Shown piece after piece: positions 58,427 to 64,000 of a stretch of 64,000 nt of DNA. Each line of letters starts with the position of its first letter. Position 1 is the stretch's first letter. The notes beneath the pieces were generated by a model. That model was not told the origin of the DNA. It did not search any database and worked only from the letters and a program-made list of their open reading frames with translations. The DNA comes from an uncultured Candidatus Babeliaceae bacterium (GTDB taxonomy: Bacteria; Babelota; Babeliae; Babelales; Babelaceae): NCBI GenBank assembly GCA_963704655.1, contig OY969927.1, positions 512,001-576,000 on the forward strand, read 5' to 3'. The position numbers and the translations under genes were made by a program.

Positions 58427-59749
58427 TTATGGCTTACGTTTTCTAACAATAAATTTAACTGGTACGCCCTCAAGGTCATATTCAGCGCGCATGAGATTTT
58501 CAAAAAATGCCAATTGGGATTCACCAAACCATTCAGACTCATTTACTACTAAACAGATTGTAATGGGACGCGTTTTGATTTGATATACTTCATACACAAT
58601 TAAGGGCATTTTTGCATGCATTAACGGGGTCTTTTGTAATCTTGCATGAAAAAGCCGATACAATAATAAACCATCAAGCTTAACCGTATAGCGCTTCCAC
58701 AGTTCATTAATAAGTGGAATAAGCTTACCGATATTTTTGCCTGTTTTGCAGGAAATAGAAATAAGAGGCACTTTATCAACAAGATGTTTATATGCTTCAA
58801 GAGAAAACTCTAAATCTTTTTTCGATAAATCCGTTACAAGATCCTGTTTATTCATAACCAAGATTAACGCTTTGTATTGTTGCGTAAATGCATAGAACGC
58901 TAATTTTAACTCTTGGTCAGAGATTTTATGTTCGCTACCGTCCATAACTAATAGAACAATATCAGAGCCTTTAAGTGACTGCATGGTAGATTTTACCATC
59001 ATCGATTCTAAATCGCCTGAAACAGCACTTTTTTTACGCACACCAGCAGTATCTGAAACAGCAATATTTTCATTATAAAAAGTAATGTTTTCAACAATCG
59101 GTTCACGTGTGGTTCCAGCAATAGGCGATACAATTGCACGCTCTTTTGCAAGCAGCGCATTAAGTATAGATGATTTACCTACGTTAGGCTTGCCAAGCAA
59201 TGTTACGCGACAGCCAGCATCTTCATCTTCAACAACAAACTGCTTTTCAGGGAGCTCTTTAATAATAAGATCAAGCAACGTATTAATATGTAGCCCATGC
59301 TCTGCAGATAATAATACATGCTCTTTGTAACCAAGCTGTAAGCATTCATACTGATTTTCTAGCGCGGCTTTTGTATCAGCTTTATTAATAATAAGAATGG
59401 TCTTCTTACCACTTGCACGAATAATGCTTGAAATCTCACGATCTTCTGGGGTAACACCAGCAACACCGTCAATAACAAATAAGACAAGGTCAGCAGTTTC
59501 AAGAGCTTCTAAGGCTTTTTTGCGCGATGCTTCTGCAAGAGGATCTTGCTGTTTTCTGTGAGAAATACCAGCAGTATCAGTTAATGAGAATGTTGTGTTA
59601 TCTACCGTAATAACATCTGAAAGAGTATCTCGTGTGACCCCTTCAAAATCAAGAGTGATGCTTTTAACATCACGTGACAATCTATTAAATAATGTCGATT
59701 TACCAACATTCATACGCCCGAGAATAACAACACTTGGATATTTTTTCAT
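58427..59749 (-). CDS. der: Ribosome biogenesis GTPase Der/EngA
   Basis: Two G domains: GRMNVGKS/DTAG/NKAD and GKPNVGKS/DTAG/NKQD. Confidence 0.95.
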   Translation of the reverse strand: MKKYPSVVILGRMNVGKSTLFNRLSRDVKSITLDFEGVTRDTLSDVITVDNTTFSLTDTAGISHRKQQDPLAEASRKKALEALETADLVLFVIDGVAGVTPEDREISSIIRASGKKTILIINKADTKAALENQYECLQLGYKEHVLLSAEHGLHINTLLDLIIKELPEKQFVVEDEDAGCRVTLLGKPNVGKSSILNALLAKERAIVSPIAGTTREPIVENITFYNENIAVSDTAGVRKKSAVSGDLESMMVKSTMQSLKGSDIVLLVMDGSEHKISDQELKLAFYAFTQQYKALILVMNKQDLVTDLSKKDLEFSLEAYKHLVDKVPLISISCKTGKNIGKLIPLINELWKRYTVKLDGLLLYRLFHARLQKTPLMHAKMPLIVYEVYQIKTRPITICLVVNESEWFGESQLAFFENLMRAEYDLEGVPVKFIVRKRKP

Positions 59750-59779
59750 ATTTTTATTTCTTAATTATGTATTATATTT

Positions 59780-61366
59780 TTATACTTCTTGAATAGTTCC
59801 AGGGAAAATTTTTAATGCTTGCGATACCGTCTGACTTTGAGCTGCTGCTGCCTGTTGAACCGGCTTTCTTATAGGCGCCGATCTTTCAGACGTTTGTCTC
59901 TGTTGCTCAAATGAATTTGTTTTTTGAGGAGTGCTTGAAGCAGCTTTTGCACGAGTAAATCTTATATCAAGTACAATTGGCATACCAAAAGCTTCATTCA
60001 AAATTGTCTGCCATACAAGAGCAGAATTATCTAACCACTCTTTAAAAAGCTCATGCTCTTTAAGGCAGTTTACTATGCAACGCTGAGTTGTTTGATCAAA
60101 TTCTGTTACCAGAGCTGAAGAAAAGAGCGTAAAGACAAGTGGCTCAACTTCAGTTTTTATTGCATCAACAAATTTAACCCATTGCGGTATCGATGCCGAT
60201 TGCGGTGCTGCCGGTATTGCTGCAGCAGCAACGTGAGCAACTGCTTTGACCGGTTCTGTAACCGTATGCTTAACAGGCTCTTTTATAGTTTTTATTGGCG
60301 CCGAAACGGGCCGCTCACCCTGAGCATAGTCGAAGGGCGGGTTGCACATAGAGAGCAGCATATACTCTACAATCGCATCGGCCATTGAAGTCTTTGCAAG
60401 AAGCTGTTCTGTTTGGTAACTAATTTTCAAATATCTTAATGTACATTCATAGTCTTGCGCACTTTGTGTGAGATATAAATTGTTACGAATATGCTCGGTA
60501 AGTTCTTTCCAAAGAGCATAAGCATCGTAACGATTTTTTTTAATTAAAAGCAATAACTCTTGAGTGCTACTGCTTTTAATTAAGTTATAGATCTGTGTAA
60601 TTAATTCTTTACCAATAAGGCCAAGAACACGGCTAACAGACTCTCCTGTGACACTATTGTCTGATGCTAATGCAACACGCTCAAGCATGGTAAGTGCATC
60701 ACGGGCTGAACCGCCAGATTGCTGCACAAGCAATAATAGGCCCTCAGAATCATAAACAATAGATTCTGCATCACAAATTTTTTGTACATGCGGGATAAGT
60801 ACTTCTGATGGAATAGGGTCAAAGAAAACTTGAAAACAGCGAGATTTAATAGTTTCAATAATTTTTTCAGGATCGGTGGTCGCTAAAATAAACATAACAT
60901 GCACCGGTGGCTCTTCTAAAATTTTGAGCGCTGCATTAAAAGCGGCTTTGCTGAGCATATGTGCTTCATCAATAAGGTAAATTTTTTTGCGCGCCAATGT
61001 TGGCAACATCGATGCACTTTCAATAATCAGGCGCATATTATCAACGCCGGTATGTGACGCCGCATCTATTTCAATAAAATCTGGGTGCTGCCCAGCAAAA
61101 AGCGCCTTGCATGATATACAAATACCACACGGCAAAATAACCGTTTGCGGCGCCTTTATAAATTCGTCTAACTGCTCACAATTAACCGCGGCAGCAAAGA
61201 TGCGCCCCATAGACGTTTTACCAGAACCACGTAAACCAGAAAAGAGATATGCGGGAAAGAATGCTTTTTTGTATAAGCTGTTTTTTAAAAGACGAACTGA
61301 TAACTCTTGACCTACAAGCTCATTAAAATTTTTTGATCGCCATTTACGTGCAAGATGTACTGTCAT
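59780..61366 (-). CDS. dnaX: DNA polymerase III subunit gamma/tau
   Basis: LARKWRS, GLRGSGKT, EIDAAS, IDEAHML, LEEPP and SRC. Confidence 0.93.
   Translation of the reverse strand: MTVHLARKWRSKNFNELVGQELSVRLLKNSLYKKAFFPAYLFSGLRGSGKTSMGRIFAAAVNCEQLDEFIKAPQTVILPCGICISCKALFAGQHPDFIEIDAASHTGVDNMRLIIESASMLPTLARKKIYLIDEAHMLSKAAFNAALKILEEPPVHVMFILATTDPEKIIETIKSRCFQVFFDPIPSEVLIPHVQKICDAESIVYDSEGLLLLVQQSGGSARDALTMLERVALASDNSVTGESVSRVLGLIGKELITQIYNLIKSSSTQELLLLIKKNRYDAYALWKELTEHIRNNLYLTQSAQDYECTLRYLKISYQTEQLLAKTSMADAIVEYMLLSMCNPPFDYAQGERPVSAPIKTIKEPVKHTVTEPVKAVAHVAAAAIPAAPQSASIPQWVKFVDAIKTEVEPLVFTLFSSALVTEFDQTTQRCIVNCLKEHELFKEWLDNSALVWQTILNEAFGMPIVLDIRFTRAKAASSTPQKTNSFEQQRQTSERSAPIRKPVQQAAAAQSQTVSQALKIFPGTIQEV
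60311..60337 (-). repeat. Family A element in-frame inside dnaX
   Basis: ccgctcaccctgagcatagtcgaaggg encodes PFDYAQGER. Confidence 0.75.
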
Positions 61367-61385
61367 ATCTTAACTTTCACAAAAA

Positions 61386-62072
61386 TCATTCTGATAAATT
61401 GAATAGCACAAAGGTATTTTCTTCACCTTGAAGCTTAAATAGATTGACCAGACAAACGACCGACCCACTTACCAAAAATTCACTCAAGGTACTTTTTTTC
61501 AACTGATCCACTATATCTGGTGAAACTTCTTGACCATTTTCTTCAAAAACTCTTCCGATAGTAATATGTGCGCTAAATGGAAAAGCCTGTTTAATCTTAT
61601 ATTTTTCTTCAAGAATCGTACGTATTGCTTGCGCAAGATCAAACAACTCTGATGAATCTTTAAGCTTCAGTACTATGTTATAATAATTTTTAATTTTTTT
61701 GTCATTATAATCGATTTCAAATGTACCCTGCCAGCAATCGATTGCGCCATACGCAATAGAACTTGAAATATCAAATTTTTTATACTGATTGCTTATTACT
61801 TTTAGATCAGATTCCAATTCAGGATTATTTTCTAAAAAGCTCTTAACAGTTACACGTTCTTGCGAAACAAATGCCAACGTTATATGTGCACTATAAGATA
61901 CTTGTTGAAACGTGTAGCCAGCCTGCGATGCAACAGACTCAACTACTTTTGCACTATCTTCTAGTAAGGCTTTTGACTCAACCGGCACTTCTACAAGCAC
62001 TACCACACCTGCAAAAAGAGTATGCCAAATACAAAGAGTTAAAAATAGACCGGTTCTAAAAAACATATTCAT
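61386..62072 (-). CDS. 2H phosphoesterase (2'-5' RNA ligase-like) with signal-like N-terminus
   Basis: Two HxT motifs: SAHITL and SAHITI. Confidence 0.65.
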   Translation of the reverse strand: MNMFFRTGLFLTLCIWHTLFAGVVVLVEVPVESKALLEDSAKVVESVASQAGYTFQQVSYSAHITLAFVSQERVTVKSFLENNPELESDLKVISNQYKKFDISSSIAYGAIDCWQGTFEIDYNDKKIKNYYNIVLKLKDSSELFDLAQAIRTILEEKYKIKQAFPFSAHITIGRVFEENGQEVSPDIVDQLKKSTLSEFLVSGSVVCLVNLFKLQGEENTFVLFNLSE

Positions 62073-62094
62073 GAATCTCGTATAAAGTAAAAAA

Positions 62095-62179
62095 GAGGAG
62101 CAGATACAAAAACTTCCGCTAACCGTGCTGCTTCTTTTCAGACCTGACACATTATTTAACTGTTTTTTATCTACTCCTC
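62095..62179 (-). ncRNA. ffs: SRP RNA (4.5S)
   Basis: GAGGAGTAGATA...TATCTGCTCCTC closing stem; domain IV motif TCAGGTCTGAAAAGAAGCAGC; upstream of dnaX. Confidence 0.85.
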
Positions 62180-62210
62180 AAGTTTTTTATGCCCAATAAG
62201 TGGCACTAGT

Positions 62211-62332
62211 TCGCTAACCCTTCGACAGGCTCAGGATGAGCGGATTGAGACTGGCCCGCCAGGCATTTCTTTCAGGAACGATGGCCTGCCATCTGAAGCT
62301 TGCCAAGCCAGTAGGCGTGGATAAGCGAAAGA
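62211..62332. repeat. Cluster of family A and family B palindromic elements between tRNA-Ser and ffs
   Basis: tcgctaacccttcgacaggctcaggatgagcgg and ggcctgccatctgaagcttgcc...ggataagcgaaaga. Confidence 0.8.
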
Positions 62333-62424
62333 TGGTGGAGAGAGAGGGATTCGAACCCTCGATGCCCTTTTCAGAGCATACATGATTTCCAATCATGCTC
62401 TTTCGGCCTCTCAGACATCTCTCC
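62333..62424 (-). tRNA. tRNA-Ser(GGA)
   Basis: GGAGAGATGTCTGAGAGGCCGAAAGAGCATGATTGGAAATCATGT...GGTTCGAATCCCTCTCTCTCCACCA; long variable arm; encoded CCA. Confidence 0.95.
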
Positions 62425-62427
62425 GTA

Positions 62428-62452
62428 GTTCGACTTCGCTCACTATGAGTGG
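62428..62452. repeat. Family A element between rpsB and tRNA-Ser
   Basis: gttcgacttcgctcactatgagtgg. Confidence 0.65.
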
Positions 62453-62453
62453 T

Positions 62454-63305
62454 CTAAGCTTTACGCTGAGCTGGACGAGACTGTAAACGTTTTTGCGGAC
62501 GTGCAGCAGGCGCTGTACGTTTTGCTTTTTGACGTTCGGCTTCAGTTCCATCTTCACTTAATACCGTCTGAATAATACGATCAAGTGAATTGTCTTCAAT
62601 AATTTCTTCTTGTGGTTTAGCAGTAGCAGCTACTTGCTGACCACGCTTAACTGCTTCTGCAAGATAATTCAAAATAACTTCAAGTGCTCTTGGCGCATCA
62701 TCATTTGTTGGAATAACAAAATCAATTCCTGATGGATCAGAATTTGTATCAACTAATGCAACAATAGGCACACCAGCAGATTTTGCTTCTTTAATAGCAA
62801 CATGTTCTTTATTTACATCCACTACAACAAGTGCACCAACTGGCCAACGCAACTCACGAATACCGCCAACGTTTTTTTCAAGACGCTCTTTCATTTTATT
62901 GAAAAGATTAAGCTCTTTTTTAATGTAGTGTGATGAATCAGATTTTGCCAAAATATCTTCAAAATGGAGCATTTTGGTAACAGATTTTTTAACTTGTGGA
63001 TAATTGGTAAGTGTACCACCAATCCAGCGATGTGTTACTGAAGGAGACTTAACGGTTTCAAGAACTTTAGGCAATACCGCTTGAGCTGATTTTTTTGTAC
63101 CGACCCATAAAACTGATTTGCCTTGAGATGCTAAAGATTCAAGAAACTGAGCAGCTCTTTCAAGTTGAAAAGCTGTCTTTGAAACGTCAATGAGATGAAT
63201 TCCGTTTTTATGACCCCAAATATAAGGGCTCATTTTTGGATTCCAGCGCCATGTTTGGTGTCCAAATTGGACGCCATTTTTAATAAGATGTTTTAAATCG
63301 ATCAT
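62454..63305 (-). CDS. rpsB: 30S ribosomal protein S2
   Basis: GVQFGHQ, WNPKM, VGTKK, RWIGGTLTN, VDTNSDP and NDD. Confidence 0.96.
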   Translation of the reverse strand: MIDLKHLIKNGVQFGHQTWRWNPKMSPYIWGHKNGIHLIDVSKTAFQLERAAQFLESLASQGKSVLWVGTKKSAQAVLPKVLETVKSPSVTHRWIGGTLTNYPQVKKSVTKMLHFEDILAKSDSSHYIKKELNLFNKMKERLEKNVGGIRELRWPVGALVVVDVNKEHVAIKEAKSAGVPIVALVDTNSDPSGIDFVIPTNDDAPRALEVILNYLAEAVKRGQQVAATAKPQEEIIEDNSLDRIIQTVLSEDGTEAERQKAKRTAPAARPQKRLQSRPAQRKA

Positions 63306-63393
63306 ACGTATCTTTCGGTAGGTTATAGTCTATTGTTTTCTGGTATCTTTATAAGATTTACCACCTACATCAGAAAACAAGGGGTTTAACAAG

Positions 63394-63414
63394 CCCCGCT
63401 CCATACGAGCGGGG
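63394..63414. terminator. Stem-loop downstream of the translocase gene
   Basis: ccccgctc cata cgagcgggg. Confidence 0.5.
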
Positions 63415-63460
63415 TCAAAAGGTTATATTTAGTGTAACTTTCTTACAAAAAATTGCAATA

Positions 63461-64000
63461 CTACTGATTATGAGCCGCTCCATCCTGAGAGCTTTCATCA
63501 GAGCCGATCACTTCGCCACTGGCTACGGCTTTCTCATAGCGACGTCCTAAAAAGTGCGCTACTACCATCCAACAGCCTATGATCAAGGTAAAGAAGATAC
63601 CATTAACTGCATTTATTGATATAAATACAGTCCCAAGTTTCCCAGAGATTCCAGAAAACGTTGCACCAACGCTTTTAGCGAACTTAGTACCAAATGAATC
63701 GATCCACGATTTTGATTTAAACTTAATAAGCTTAGTCGTTGGAATATATAAGCTTTCACGCAATGGGGAGGCAAATGCATAATTAAGGGCTTTAAGTAAA
63801 ATATACACAAGACTTATACTTGTCGCAGCCGCTTGATTTGTTATCTCTGACGCGGTGAAGTAATATACCATTAAAACGGCAGTGATAATAGGCACCAGAA
63901 GCAAGGAGCGTCTTTCACCTAAATATTCAATAAGCGCTCTGGTTCCTAAAAGGGTAATAAAAAAACCAACTAGATGCACCCAGAAATCATCGCCTAGCAA
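63461..64000 (-). CDS. NTT/TLC-family nucleotide (ATP/ADP) transporter, C-terminal part
   Basis: ALNYAFASPLRESLYIP...KFKSKSWIDSFGTKFAKS; 5' part lies outside the window. Confidence 0.75.
   Translation of the reverse strand: MLGDDFWVHLVGFFITLLGTRALIEYLGERRSLLLVPIITAVLMVYYFTASEITNQAAATSISLVYILLKALNYAFASPLRESLYIPTTKLIKFKSKSWIDSFGTKFAKSVGATFSGISGKLGTVFISINAVNGIFFTLIIGCWMVVAHFLGRRYEKAVASGEVIGSDESSQDGAAHNQ

Noticed and set aside
60534-60541. A8 run in dnaX as a gamma/tau slippage site
   Set aside because: It lies within the clamp-loader core, too early to give a functional gamma, and such runs are common in this AT-rich DNA.
62073-62150. N-terminal extension of the 61386..62150 ORF
   Set aside because: It overlaps the SRP RNA; a start at 62072 or 62066 is more plausible.
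62214-62396. 60-aa ORF in the track
   Set aside because: It overlaps tRNA-Ser and palindromic repeats, so it is spurious.
1299-63810. Many short alternative-frame and antisense ORFs in the track (for example 1954..2256, 5483..5788, 26845..27255, 45358..45786)
   Set aside because: They lie within well-supported genes and show no motifs or RBS, so they are treated as shadow ORFs.

Overview
Low-GC (about 38% by eye) bacterial chromosomal segment that best fits Candidatus Dependentiae/Babeliota (TM6) or a similar intracellular parasite of protists. This is inferred from an NTT-type ATP/ADP translocase, a Chlamydia-like Lys/Ala histone-like protein and many tandem families of orphan signal-peptide proteins. 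Core genes are dnaE (split by a 1-nt frameshift), phoH-like, thrS, nth, xer, mrdA, rpsT, rpmB, ftsH, tolQRAB, cca, dsbD, der, dnaX and rpsB, plus tRNA-Ala(GGC), tRNA-Ser(GGA) and SRP RNA. An accessory block holds split LigD, a CPT-like kinase, a D-amino acid oxidase and a class C beta-lactamase. The main observations are: (1) two tandem small secreted peptide genes, one missing from the ORF track, divergent from a 7TM-GAF-degenerate-AAA-HTH regulator, a candidate peptide-signalling system; (2) GC-rich palindromic mini-elements found intergenically, directly after both tRNA CCA ends, and in-frame inside three protein genes; (3) an FtsH with two tandem, apparently intact AAA+ modules; (4) a Xer recombinase with its catalytic Arg replaced by Cys; (5) a circularly permuted D-amino acid oxidase. 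No CRISPR array, prophage or transposase was seen.
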